From the human T2T-CHM13v2.0 reference genome, Homo sapiens: a stretch of 64,000 nt of DNA. Shown here in pieces: positions 1 to 16,596 of this stretch; the first letter of the stretch is position 1; every line of letters starts with the position of its first letter. Below the pieces are notes generated by a model that made no database searches, had not been told where the DNA came from, and was given only the letters and a program-made list of their open reading frames with translations. The translations under genes were made by a program, and so were the position numbers. The stretch lies in NCBI RefSeq assembly GCF_009914755.1, contig NC_060937.1; one strand, written 5' to 3'.

Positions 1-251
<251 letters not shown>

Positions 252-1528
252 TCAGCGAGATTGACACAGAAAGCAGGTGATTTCTGCATTTCCAACTGAG
301 GTACCCGGTTCATCTCATTGGGACTGGTTGGACAGTGGGTGCAGCCCACGGAGGGTGAGCCAAAGCAGGGTCGGGCGTTGCCTCACCCGGGAAATGCAGG
401 GGGTCGGGGAACTCCCTCCCCTAGCCAAGGGAATCTCTGAGGGACTGTGCCATGAGGAACGGTGCACTCTGGCCCAGATACTGTGCTTTTCCCATGGTCT
501 TCGCAACTCACAGACCAGGAGATTCCCTCTGGTGGCTATGCCGCCAGGGCCCTGGATTTGAAACACAAAACTGGGTGGCTGTTTGGGCCGACACTGAGCT
601 AGCTGCAGGAGTTTTTTTTCCATACCCCAGTGGCACCTGGAACGCCAGCGAGACAAAACCGTTCATTCCTCTGGAAAGGGGGCTGAAGCCAGGGAGCCAA
701 GTGGTCTGGCTTGGCGGGTCCCACCCCCACAGAGTTCAGCAAGCTAAGATCCACTGGCTTGAAATTCTCGCTGCCAGCACAGCAGTCTGAGATCAATCTG
801 GGCCACTTGAGCTTGGTGGGAGGAGGGGTGTCCGCCATTGCTGAGGCTCGAGTAGGTCGTTTTACCCTCATAGTGTAAGCAAAGCCTCCGGGATGTTCGA
901 ACTGGGAGGAGCGCACCGTAGCTCAGCAAGGCTGCTGTGGCCAGACTGCCTCTAGATTCCTCCTCTCTGGGCAGGGCATCTCTGGAAAAAAGGCAGCAGC
1001 CACAGTCAGGGTCTTGTAGATAAAACCCCCATCTCCCTGGGACAGAGCAACTCGGGGAAGGGGCGGCTGTGGGCGCAGCTTCAGCAGACTTAAACGTCCC
1101 TGCCTCACGGCTCTGAAGAGAGCAGTGGATCTCCCAGCACAGCATTTGAGCTCTGCTAAGGGTCAGACTGCCTCCTCAAGTGGGTCCCTGACCCCCATGT
1201 CTCCTGACTGGGAGATACCTCCCAGTAGGGGCCAACAGACGCCTCATACAGGAGAGCTCCGGCTGGCATCTGGCGGGTGCCCCTCTGGGACGAAGCTTCC
1301 AGAGGAAGGAACAGGCAGCAATCTTTGCTGTTCTGCAGCTTCCGCTGGTGATACCCAGGCAAACAGAGTCTGGAGTGAGCCTCCAGCAAACCTGCAGCAG
1401 AGGTGCCTGTTAGAAGGAAAACTAACAAACAGAAAGGAATAGCATCAACATTAACAAAAAGGATGTCCACTCACACCCCATCTGAAAGTCACCAACATCA
1501 AAGACCAAAGGTAGATAACTCCACAAAG

Positions 1529-2274
1529 ATGGGGAGAAACCAGTGCAAAAAGTCTGAAAATTGCAAAAACCAGAACACCTCTTCTCCAAAGGATCACAAC
1601 TCCTCGCCAAGGGAACAAAACTGGGCGGAGAATGAGTTTGACGAATTGACAGAAGTAGGCTTCAGAAGGTGGGTAATAAACTCCTCTGAGCTAAAAGAGC
1701 ATGTTCTAACCCAATGCAAGGAAGCTAAGAACCTTGAGAAAAGGTTAGAGGAATTGCTGACTAGAATAACAAGTTTAGGGAAGAACAGAAATGACCTGAT
1801 GGAGCTGAAAACACAGCACGAGAACTTCATGAAGCATACACAAGTATCAATAACGAAATCGGTAAGCAGAAGAAAGGATATCAGAGATTGAAGATCAACT
1901 TAATGAAATAAAGCAAGAAGACAAGATTAGAGGAAAAAGAATGAAAAGGAATGAACAAAGCCTCCAAGAAATATGGAACTATGTGCAAAGACCAAATCTA
2001 CGTTTAATTAGTGTACGTGAAAGTGACGAGGAGGATGGAACCAAGTTGGAAAACACTCTTCAAAGTATTATCCAGGAGAACCTCCCCAACCTAGCAAGAC
2101 AGGCCAACATTCAAATTCAGGAAATACAGAGAGCAGCATTAAGATACTCCTCAAGAAGAGCATCCCCAAGACGTAATCATCAGATTCACCAAGGTTGAAA
2201 TGAGGGAAAAAATGTTAAGGGCAGTCAGAGAGAAAAGTCGGGTTACCCACAAAGGGAAGCCTGTCAGACTAACA
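1529..2274 (+). pseudogene. Disrupted L1 ORF1p remnant
   Basis: Track ORFs 1403..1891 and 1941..2198 carry L1 ORF1p motifs (NEQSLQEIWNYVQRPNLRLI, IIQENLPNLARQ) in different frames. Confidence 0.88.
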
Positions 2275-2741
2275 TCATTCTCAGCAAACTAACACAAGAA
2301 CAGAAAACTAAACACACACTACATGTTCTCACTCATAAGTGGTAGTTGAACAAGGAGAACACATGGACCCAGGGAGGGGAACATCACACACCAGGGCCTG
2401 TCAGGGGGTAGGGGCTCCGGGAGGGATAGCATTAGGAGAAACACCTGATGTAGATGACAGGATGAGGGGTGCAGCAAACTGCCATGGCACGTGTATGCCT
2501 GTGTAACAGACCTGCATGCTCTGCACATGTACCCCAGAACTTATAGTAATAAAAAAAAGAACGTGGAATAATAAAAACAGCCTCATAAATTTAACGCCAA
2601 GTCAGATGGGTTTCTCAAACCAAAGGCTACCAAACTTATAAAAGTCGCTCTAAAAATAGACAAAGAATGCTAATGCTAACTTATTCTGGGAGACCATCAT
2701 AACTTCAGTACCAAAACCAGACAAAAACTATATATAAGAAA

Positions 2742-5699
<2,958 letters not shown>

Positions 5700-5939
5700 T
5701 CAGGAATGAACATGGGTTTTGAACCAGTTTGCTTTGTTAGAGACCACAATCTGAGCTGCAGCTCAGCCTTTCCAGTGGTTCTGGTCTAGGCATGCTCTCT
5801 GTTCTTACAGCAGTCCTGTGAGTTTGGTGGTATTATCTCAGTTCATAAAGACCTCATCTGTTCTGCTTCCACAATCTTTCCACATTGCTTCCTCAGTGGT
5901 GGGATGGGTCATGGGGCATAGCAGGTGGGGGCTTCATGG

Positions 5940-6100
5940 GGGACTCAGACACCTGAATAAGAAGACTGGCTCTGCCACTCACTGCTGTGTGTCTCTGAGC
6001 AAACCCTGGAGCCTCTCCCAGCCTCTCTCATCTGTAACATGTCTCCCCTTACAGGTTATTGTGTATGGAGGAAATAAATCCATTCATGTAAATAAGTTAA
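5940..6100 (+). mobile_element. MIR-like fragment
   Basis: ggctctgccactcactgctgtgtgtctctgagcaa...cctctctcatctgtaa resembles the MIR core. Confidence 0.55.
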
Positions 6101-7070
6101 CATGTCTTATGATTGCTAGTGGCTTTCACTATTACCATTGCTGATAGACCTGGGATGCTGCACCAGGATGGACAGCCCAGAGGCTGTGCTGTTTCTCTGC
6201 TGTCAGCTCTCAGAGTTAGCAGAAGTGTTAGTTTGAGTTGAGGGCTTTGGAAAAGTTCTTCATTTATTGCATATGTTTTACAAACTTTTTTTCTGTGGCC
6301 AGGCCATCTGCCTAACATCATCTATATAGTTTGAGGAACTGGTTTCAGGTGAAAATCCTTTAACTCTACCATCAAGTAGTTCTGTTTTTCACTTGTAAAA
6401 AAAGCACAAAACCATTGTGAATTACTCCCAAATGACCTGCACTGAAGTCTGTGTGATTGATTGCAGTGGTGATAAAGGCTGAACACATGCGTCCTCAGTG
6501 TTCCTGTGCCTGTAGGTCCTGTCGGGGAAGACTCTAGCAATACCTCACGGGGGTGGGTGTGGGCCAGGGCACTGGGAGCAGGAGGCTTCCAGATGTAGGG
6601 GCCTGTGGGAGTCTGGAAGGATCCATAAGCAGTGCCTTTGACTCACATGCTGGGATAGCTCACATGCTGAGAATGGCTTTATCTGTACATGGTTGGAAGC
6701 AGTGTATGTCCAAGAAGAATGGTGTAAGGGAGAAGAGTCACATTAGAATTGCATTTCCTCTTACCAGATCCCCGATCCCTCCTTCCTTTGAGCTACTTAG
6801 TCTTAAAATTCCTCCTTTGCTATTTTACAATGACAGCTTACCTATTTATCTTTATGCCTTCAGAGTACCATGGCTTCTAAATGTGGATCGTTCATATTAC
6901 TTCCCAAAGAAAATTGGGGATTTTATCAATTAAAAGACCCCATTATACAATGACTTGTGTTAAAAGTGTACATAAAGCTTTGGTTAAGACACCACAAATT
7001 TCATAAACAACATTGTGGGTTTTTTATACTTCAGACAAATGTATGTTAACAAGGCTATTGTGTGTTCCAG

Positions 7071-7196
7071 ATGGCAGGCAGCAGATTCTGAGTTTGGGCA
7101 TGGACCTGCAGTTGGAATGGATGAAGTTGGAAGATTTCCAAAAGCACCTTGATGGGAAAGATGAGAATTTTGCTGCAACAGATGCAATTCCAAGTA
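7071..7196 (+). CDS. MPHOSPH8: MPHOSPH8 internal coding exon (DGRQQILSLGMDLQLEWMKLEDFQKHLDGKDENFAATDAIPS)
   Basis: tgttccAG acceptor and GTgagt donor; 126 nt, phase 1-1. The peptide is recognised as MPP8 and is in frame with the downstream exons. Confidence 0.93.
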
Positions 7197-7276
7197 GTGA
7201 GTAGTTTTGGAAATATTGAAATCCCTTTCACAAATCTAGATTTATAAAATCTAACTTATTTTTTCTTTCATTTTAG

Positions 7277-7365
7277 ATGTGTTAAGGGATGCTGTGAAAA
7301 ATGGGGATTATATTACTGTAAAAGTTGCACTTAATTCAAATGAAGAATATAACCTGGACCAAGAG
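7277..7365 (+). CDS. MPHOSPH8: MPHOSPH8 coding exon ([30 protein letters not shown]), start of ankyrin region
   Basis: ttttAG acceptor after an 80-nt intron and GTaata donor; 89 nt, phase 1-0. Confidence 0.94.
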
Positions 7366-7457
7366 GTAATATGTCGTTGAAAAATCTCATGAAAGGAAAA
7401 TGGAAAGTAACACTTGAAAGAATTCAGTTTAACTTTTCATTTATTTTAATTACAAAA

Positions 7458-7755
7458 GGCTGGGCGTGGTGGTGCACACCTGTAATCCCAGCACTTTGGG
7501 AGGCCGAGGCAGGAGGATTGCTTGAGCCCAGGAATTCAAGACCAGCCTGGGCTCCATGGTGAAACCCCAACTCTACAAAAAATACAAAAATTAGCTGGAC
7601 ATGGTGGTGTACACCTTTGGTCCCAGTTACTTGGGTGGCTGAGGTGACAGGATCACCTGAGCCTGGGAGGTCAAGGCTGTGGTAAGTGGAGATCACACCA
7701 CTGCACCCCAGCCTGGGCAACAGAGCAAGACTCCCATCTCAAAAAAAAAAAAAAT
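7458..7755 (+). mobile_element. Alu (J-like)
   Basis: Dimeric Alu with A tail. Confidence 0.93.
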
Positions 7756-8001
7756 AATGCACGTTCACTTTGTAAAATAAAAAAATTGTAGAACCCTATA
7801 AATGTACAATTATAGTCCCTTTAATTCCAACCCCCTCCCCTCTAAAAGTGATGGTTTGGTTTGGTTATGGTCTACCTGTTTTGTATGTGGTTTACCCTCT
7901 GCCACTCTTGAGAGCGTAGAGTGAGACCATTTTCCTGTGGTCATTTGTGTTTCTTTGATGGTTGTCCCATTTACAACAATGGTCCATCTCTCCTGTTGTA
8001 G

Positions 8002-8344
<343 letters not shown>

Positions 8345-9054
8345 CGTATGGATTTTTTTAATGGAAGCATATTGACCCTTTCTCCCTAGATTTTAGGTTT
8401 GTGTTTGAGTCTTGTATTGCTTGAAGATTTTTAGTTTTAGGCAATCATATCTGTTGATCTTTTACATTTATGGCTTTTGGGTATCTTGTCTTGCTTAGAA
8501 AATATTTTTATATTCTTTAGTTTTTTAGCTTAGCTGTGGATTTTTTAGGTTTAATCCTTTGGGATTACAATTCACAAAATTATTGGGCTTTTGATTAAAA
8601 TTGCATGAAATAATATAGATTGAGAATTGACATTTACTTTTTGCATCTTCTGTCTAGGAACATGGTAATTCTACATTCACTCAGCTCTTCATTTATATCC
8701 TTAAGCAAAGTTCTATGGGTTTTTTCATTCATATAGACGTTGCACATTTCCTATAGATGTATGCCTATATGTTTTATAATGGTCATTAGAGTCTTTTTTC
8801 ATTTACATTTTGTTTTCTAACTGGTTATTGCTTGTCGATGGTAAAGCTGTGGATGTCTTTGTACACATAAGTGTGTGTAACTCCAGTCATTTAATGAAAT
8901 TCTTATAGTTTTTAAGTTACTTGTTTTGGATTTTCTAGGTAGAAAATTTGATCGTATGCCCCCCAAAAATTCACTGTTCATTTTGTATGGTGCAAACTTT
9001 TCATGTGCCTTTAGGATTTAATACACAAAACAAAAAGAAGATACAAAAATGAGA

Positions 9055-9208
9055 GCTGGGCGTGGTGGCATGCACCTGTAATCCCATCTACTTGAGGCTG
9101 TGGCAGGAGGAATGCTTGAGCCCAGGAGTTTGAGACCAGCCTGGGCTGACATAGCAACACCGTCTCAATAAAAAAGAAAGAAAGAAAAACAACACCAACA
9201 AAAAAAAT
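9055..9208 (+). mobile_element. Alu monomer or fragment
   Basis: Single Alu arm with A-rich tail. Confidence 0.8.
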
Positions 9209-9209
9209 T

Positions 9210-9550
9210 GAAGCATTCCTTGGAGATATTGTGGGTTTGGTTCCAGACTGTTGGAATAAAGCGAGTCACACAAATTTGTTGGTTTCCTGGTGCATATAAA
9301 ATTTAGGTTTACACTATACTGTAGTCTAAATGTGAATAGCATTACATCTTTTAAAAAACCTATATATCTTAATTTACAACACTTTATTGCTAAAAAATGC
9401 TGACACAACAACACAAAATGAGCACATGCTGTGGGGTAATGATGTGAATAAACGTGCTTGTGGCAGGGTTACCACAAACCTTCCCTTTGTAAAAAACACA
9501 GTCCCTGTGAAGTGCAGTAAAGCAAAGCTCAGTGAAACAAGGTAGGCCTA
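9210..9550 (-). mobile_element. Internally deleted Tigger1-like DNA transposon retaining both ends
   Basis: Starts gcattccttggagatattgtgggtttggttccagac and ends gcaaagctcagtgaaacaaggtaggcct, matching both Tigger1 termini as recalled. Confidence 0.75.
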
Positions 9551-9773
9551 TAGAGGAAAGTTGTAAAATTTTATGCAAACATTCATATGTGAAAAGATAC
9601 TCTAAAAGCTAGTAGCTTCTGATGGTTGGGATATTTTAGTGAAAATCCTAAGTAGATGCCTAAATCAGTGCCTATTAGTGATTTCACATTGAAACATCTC
9701 GAGTGAGAAGACTTGGTTCTGAAATTGTTCTGACTAAAGATTAACACGTTTTTTATTTAACAAACCAACACAG

Positions 9774-9914
9774 GATTCCAGTGGAATGACACTGGTGATG
9801 CTTGCCGCCGCCGGAGGGCAGGACGACCTCCTGCGACTCCTCATCACAAAAGGCGCGAAAGTGAACGGTCGGCAGAAGAACGGGACCACCGCCCTCATTC
9901 ATGCTGCAGAGAAG
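9774..9914 (+). CDS. MPHOSPH8: MPHOSPH8 coding exon, ankyrin repeats (DSSGMTLVMLAAAGGQDDLLRLLITKGAKVNGRQKNGTTALIHAAEK)
   Basis: cAG/GTttgt boundaries; 141 nt, phase 0-0. Ankyrin motifs GxTxLxxAA and LLxxGAxVN. Confidence 0.95.
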
Positions 9915-10021
9915 GTTTGTGGCTTCTTATGCATCAGTTTCAGAGCTTTCATGGTATTCCTGCCGATGGACTGAGAGGATCTCTTTGGTAGTGAAATATA
10001 GCAGTCACATGGTCACATTGC

Positions 10022-10614
10022 TTTTTTTTTTTTTTTAGACGGAGTCTCGCTCTGTCGCCGAGGCTGGAGTGCAGTGGCACGATCTCAGCTCACTGCAAGC
10101 TCCACCTCCCGGGTTCACTCCTGCCTCAGCCTCCTGAGTAGCTGGGACTACAGGCAGGTACCTGCCACCACACCCGGCTAATTTCTTTGTATTTTTAGTA
10201 GAGATGGGGTTTCACCATGTTAGCCAGGATGGTCTCGATCTCCTGACCTCGTGATCTGCCTGCCTTGGCCTCCCAAAGTGCTGGTATTACAGGCGTGAGC
10301 CACCGCGCCTGGCTGTCACACGGTCCCATAGCTTTTTAAAAATTTATTTTTAGAAATAAGGTCTCACTCTGTCACACAGGTTGGAGTGCAGGTGGCACCA
10401 TCATAACTCACTGTAGCTTCAAACTCCTGGACTCAAGCAATCCTCTCGCCTCAGCCTCCCAAGTAGCTGGGACTAAGTGTGTACCACCACACCTGGCTAA
10501 TTTTAAAAATTTTTGTAAAGACATGGTCTCACTGTGTTGCCCAGCCTGGGCTCAAGTGATCCTCCTGCCTCAGTTAAAGTGCTGGGATTACAGGCATGAG
10601 CCACCGCACCCAGC
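10022..10614 (-). mobile_element. Two tandem antisense Alus (10022-10314, ~10345-10614)
   Basis: Reverse-complement Alu consensus twice. Confidence 0.92.
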
Positions 10615-11115
10615 TGGAGTAACTTTTTAATTTTGTTTCAGTTGATCTGTGACATGTAATGAATGGATTTATCATCAGTAGTACATTGTAATCACATTTC
10701 AAAATGTGATTTATCTCGTTGGAAGTAATTTATATTAAAATACTCTGATTAAAGTACTAATATTTTAATCTTAGATAATTTAATTTTTTTGAATAAATGG
10801 TATTTGTATTCCTTTTGGTTAATAATTTAATTGAAATGTTTCCATATATTATCTTTTTAAAGGATTTATATGCAGAGGTTCTTAGGTTGGAGCTAGCGGT
10901 TCCATTCGCAGTTGCTGGCAGCACAGTGAGTGGCCACGTTTGGGCCTCTGTGGGGCGGGGTGCACCCCCGTGGCCCCACGGGAATGCTGCAGCCCGCAAC
11001 CACTTGTGATAGAACCTGCTGGGTATTTTTCCTGATGACTAAAAATTTCAAAATATCTGAAAACTGTCTTTTAAATAATTTGGGAAATTAAATTTGCCTT
11101 TTTTTCTTTTCATAG

Positions 11116-11202
11116 AACTTTTTAACAACAGTGGCTATTCTTTTGGAAGCAGGAGCTTTTGTAAATGTCCAGCAAAGCAATGGTGAGACTGCACTGATGA
11201 AG
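11116..11202 (+). CDS. MPHOSPH8: MPHOSPH8 coding exon, ankyrin repeat (NFLTTVAILLEAGAFVNVQQSNGETALMK)
   Basis: Long polypyrimidine tract plus catAG, GTaaat donor; 87 nt, phase 0-0. Motifs LLEAGAFVN and GETALM. Confidence 0.95.
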
Positions 11203-12092
11203 GTAAATCCCTCCTGCAGGTCATCCCTTTCTTCACTACGTTGGCAGGTGCTCGTGTTGGCATCTGCCACTGCCAGGCACTGTGCTGGGGACTGAGAACA
11301 GAGTGGGTACCAAGACAGTCCTAGAGTCAGCCGCTTGCAGGGGAGAAGGAGAAGCGGGCTGGCAGGGTAGCAGTGAGAGCTCAGTATGGGCAGTGGTGTG
11401 ATCAGAACAGGCACAGAGAGCCATGAGGTCACAGGGAAGTGCTCCGAGCTGGGCCCTGGGGACCCTGACAATCCTTAGGGTGGATGAGGCAGGTGCCACA
11501 CTGTGTCCTAAATGGCAGTCAAGTCAGCCGGGAGGGAGCACTCCGGCCGCAGCTGGAGCAGCAGGGAGGCTGCTGGCCTCGAAAGTGCAGGCCTAGGGGT
11601 GGGACGGAGTTCCTCGTGCACTCTGTGTGTTCGTCATTTTATGTTGGTGAATTTGTTGCCTCGGGCTTGTTCCTGTGTTCTGGAACGTGGTTTGCAGACA
11701 GGTTTTGAGAGAAAGGTCAGCAGTTTGGCATTTGTCTTAGGGGGCCCTGCCAGGTCTGGTTGGTTCCTCTGTGGCAGTTGTGGGTTCCTGGCCCAGGATG
11801 CTGTTAGGATATAGCAGGTCCAGACACCCAGCCAGTGGTGGCCGGCTCAGCTCCCTGTGGGGACCTGTCCTCTTTCCTTCCTGGGATGCTTGGCTCCATG
11901 TAAGCCATTGAGCCAAGCGGGGGCCTGCCCACAGCGCCCATTCCAGCCGCTGTCCCCAGTAAGCAAAAGAGCACAGCCAGGCCCTGGGTCTGCAGGGCAC
12001 CTGGCATCAAGTCTCACTGTGAACCCTCTTCTGATGGCCTGGACCACCTGTCCCTTGTCCTCCTGCTGCATGAGGCCCATAAACAGTCTCCT

Positions 12093-12290
12093 TCTGTCGC
12101 CCGGGCTGGAGTGCAGTGGCACCATCATGACTCACTGATGCCTTGGCTTCCAGAGCTCAAGTGCCTCCCTCAGCCTCCCGAGTAGCTGGGACTACAGGTG
12201 CGAGCCACCACACCCAGCCATTTTTTTTCTTATTAGAGACAAGGTCTCACTGTGTTGCCCAGGCTTGTCTTGAACTCCTGGCCTCAAGCA
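12093..12290 (-). mobile_element. Partial Alu within a degenerate L2-like region (~11230-12960)
   Basis: ctgtcgcccgggctggagtgcagtggc...; flanks have purine-rich L2-like tracts. The L2 call is weak. Confidence 0.7.
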
Positions 12291-14489
12291 CTTTCCTTTT
12301 GGTTCATGGAAATGTTCATTTTGTTTGGGAGCCTGAGGTTTGTCTTTGTTTCCCTTCATTTGTTTCTGTGGTTGTCTTGTGTGGAGCAGAGGTGGCCTCT
12401 GCAAGCATCATCTTAGTGACAGATGACCAGGTGTACCCTGAACTGCAGCCACGCAGGTGCATTTAGAGCATGAGAGAGGTGGGTGGGCACAGAAGCCCCC
12501 TTCATGCCAAGCCTTAGGGAGTTCGTCCTGAGGGCACTGGGGAGCCACAGCAAGGTTGAAGCTGAAGAAAGGTAGAATCGGATTAGAGGGTTTTCATTTG
12601 TGTATTTTAATGCTGCTTAGTACAGAAGGGGCATAGATTGAGAAGAAGATAGTTTGCAAACTTGTCAGGAGGGTCTCCAGATTATGTGAAATAACAGAAG
12701 TCTGTACCTCGGGAGTGGCAGGAGGGATGGAGTGGGTGAGGTGCCCACTTGGTAAGAGCTTGGTAACTGGAGGTGACGCCTGGGCATCCCATTTCCTAAG
12801 TTGGGGCACGGCTGGCAGAGCTGGGGGAGTTGGGCGTTGGGTCGTGTAGATGTCACCTCTGTACATTTCACAGGGGCATCTAGGCTCAGGAGAGAGGTGT
12901 GGGCTGGAGATTCAGGTTTGTTGCTGTCCAGCTCTGCAACAGTGACCGTAGCCATAGGTTGAGAGTGGGGTCATCCATGGGGAATTGGAAAGGAGAAAAG
13001 GGCCATAGATGGAAAGAGCCTGCGTGGGGAGAAGCAGAGGAGGAGGAGGAAGTGGTCCACGGGCTGGCAGCACCTCCCCCACACAGCAGGCAGAAGGCAG
13101 GCGGGAGTGCCCCAGGTCAGCACCTCAGGGCTGTGTGCCTTGCTGAGGTACGTGTGTTGAGTTGGGGAGTGGGGTGCAGAGGGGAGATGGCTCTGGAAGT
13201 GGGTTGGGGAGGGCGTGGCGTTTCTTCCCTGAGCGGACATGTAGCACTTATTTATTTTACTGGGTCTGAATTCAGTAGACTGCCTTTATCTGCCATGAGG
13301 TTTATTTAAGTGTTTGTTCCTGAAAAGCTGTATTTTAATTGCTTTCAGGATTTAGCATGTTGAAGTTTGAGTTTTAGAATGAGAAGATGTAAACATAGTG
13401 ATTTTCAGAAATTAAAAACCTTTTTATCTGAGGAGAAAGTGTGTAACATTGGTCCTTACCAGAGTGGGCAGGTGCAGAGGGACTGCCCTCGCCTGTCACT
13501 GCAGGCTCTGTTGGTCCCAGAAGGGCCTCTCACCCTCCCCGTGGCTGTAATGTGGGCCACTCGCTCTGTCCCGAACGGCGTCCCTAACCTCTGCACTGGA
13601 TGCCCAGGGTAACAACCAGAAAGGTCTCAGGCATTGCCCAGGCTCCCCTGATGGCAGAGTTCCCCCTGCCAGAAGCACTGGATGACACCGTTGTCGGGGT
13701 AGTGTGGCGGCTCCTCCTAGGGCTGCGGGAGTGCCACCGCTCCTGGAGGCTGCTCTGCAAAGTGACGCTGCTGCCCCAGCATCTGCCTCACAGGGTAGGG
13801 AGGCACAGGCACCCTTATCCTCTTTTCGCAAATGGAAACGTGCCACTCAGAAGAATTAAGGGACTTATCTGAAGTCACGTGGCTAATAAGTGACAGAGAC
13901 AAGGAGACAGTCTGTCAGCTGTGCCACAGCTCCATCGTACATTTGCAGGTTCAGATTCGGATCTGTGCTTGGGTTGTCTCCTTTAAAGCGGCAGCTGGGG
14001 ACATTTCGAGGGTGTTTTGTGGTCCTGAGAGGTGTTTTTGAGATTCCTGAGACAAAGTTGTCTACAGTGAAGGCCAGGCTTACGTATCTCTGCGCCTCGC
14101 TGAGGGGCTGGCTCACGGGGGACAGCGTGGCATGGACAGAGGGCAGCAGCAGGGGACTGCTTAGCAAGGCCTGGTGTCTGTTCTGTCTTGGGACTGAAGC
14201 ATCCTTTTTGAAGTTGCCCATTTCCTGAAAACTCAGTGCTAAGATATTAACTGAATGTAGCACACAGATTTTTATGTTGGCCCCTGAGTCAAAGATACTC
14301 CCCACTTGCATTTAAGCAATGCTGTGTGACTCCTAACGCTGTGGCCTGACGGGCCCCAAAAGTTCTCTATCCTTCTTCCATGGCCTGTGCCCTCTCTTCA
14401 CAGAACCGCTAAGCATGTATGGAGAAGGGACCAGCACCCATGCCACAGTTTACAGCTAAGTAATTGTTACTCCTTTTTACCTGACGTAG

Positions 14490-14644
14490 GCCTGTAAAAG
14501 AGGAAATTCAGACATCGTACGACTCGTAATTGAATGTGGAGCTGACTGCAATATTTTGTCAAAGCACCAGAATAGTGCCCTGCACTTTGCGAAGCAGTCT
14601 AACAATGTGCTTGTGTACGACTTGCTGAAGAACCATTTAGAGAC
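14490..14644 (+). CDS. MPHOSPH8: MPHOSPH8 coding exon, ankyrin repeat (ACKRGNSDIVRLVIECGADCNILSKHQNSALHFAKQSNNVLVYDLLKNHLE)
   Basis: cgtAG acceptor and GTaagt donor; 155 nt, phase 0-2. Motifs GADCN and SALHFA. Confidence 0.95.
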
Positions 14645-14944
14645 GTAAGTGAGAAGCGACTGTGCCATAGTTAAGTCACATATCATACATCTGTTTATGT
14701 AGACATATTATAATTGGAGTGGCCTGTGTGTAACTGCTCAGAAAAACATCCAGCACAAGTCCTGATGGTTTTGTTTCCAGTAGATCACAGATTTAATAAA
14801 TGGCATATGAATTATTTTTCTGCAAGTTATTTAACTCTCAGAAAATTTCAAACTTAACACTGGCCTATCTGGGAGTATTTTCCTTAAATATTAAGTATGC
14901 TCTTAATTTGGTTAGCAAAGGTTTTCTTAAAAACATTTAAACTT

Positions 14945-15810
<866 letters not shown>

Positions 15811-16134
15811 CATTCTTTTTCAAATAAATTCTCAATCATATTTTATTTTATTGCAGGTTCATACTTATAACACAATTTAGTATTTCTATCACTTAAGAAC
15901 TCTTGGCAACACATATCAGAAACTTGCATGTATCAGACAGTAGCGAACTCAAGGCGGTGTTTATGTAGCAGGTCTCGGGTGGGCCTCTGGGACCGCGCCT
16001 GTTGAACTCAGTGCTGCTGATGGCTGCAGTCCCAACTCCTCTGGTCACACGGGGGGTTTGCATAGATCCAGCAAGTAGAGTGACCCACTTTCCTGATTTG
16101 CCCAGTACTGAGGGGTTCCCCTTTCTGATTTTCC

Positions 16135-16380
16135 ACTGATTCATTAGACAACTATGTATTAAGCATAGACTTTGTGCCAGGCACTGTTCTAAAGGCTGGG
16201 GAGATGGAAATGGCAGTGGAGGGAAGAGACTTGCCTTCTTAGAACTTCAATTCCACTGAGATGGACAACAAGACAGACACATGGGTGTCAGGTGCTTGGT
16301 GGAAGTAGAGCTGGAAAGCGGAGGCAGGCAGAGCTGCAGGTCTTTGTTTGGAAGGTTGGCCTGGGAAGCCCTCACTGGTA
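16135..16380 (-). mobile_element. L2 3' fragment
   Basis: attcattagacaactatgtattaagcatagactttgtgccaggcactgttcta, the reverse complement of the L2 tail. Confidence 0.65.
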
Positions 16381-16441
16381 TTCGACAGGCTTGTGGTTCT
16401 TTTCTACATTAACGTTAACACGTACTATTTTTTTTTCTTAG

Positions 16442-16596
16442 ACTTTCAAGAGTAGCAGAAGAGACAATAAAGGATTACTTTGAAGCTCGCCTTGCTCTGC
16501 TAGAACCAGTTTTTCCAATCGCATGTCATCGACTCTGTGAGGGTCCAGATTTTTCAACAGATTTCAATTACAAACCCCCACAGAACATACCAGAAG
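16442..16596 (+). CDS. MPHOSPH8: MPHOSPH8 coding exon (LSRVAEETIKDYFEARLALLEPVFPIACHRLCEGPDFSTDFNYKPPQNIPE)
   Basis: T-tract plus ttAG acceptor, GTaagc donor; 155 nt, phase 2-1; open frame. Confidence 0.94.

Noticed and set aside
277-1470. Many overlapping 60-130 aa ORFs on both strands
   Set aside because: All lie in the GC-rich L1 5'UTR, with no recognisable protein; I could not support an ORF0 call.
11088-14311. Dense ORFs of 70-140 aa in MPHOSPH8 introns
   Set aside because: Explained by high GC (few stop codons); no domains or coherent splice structure.
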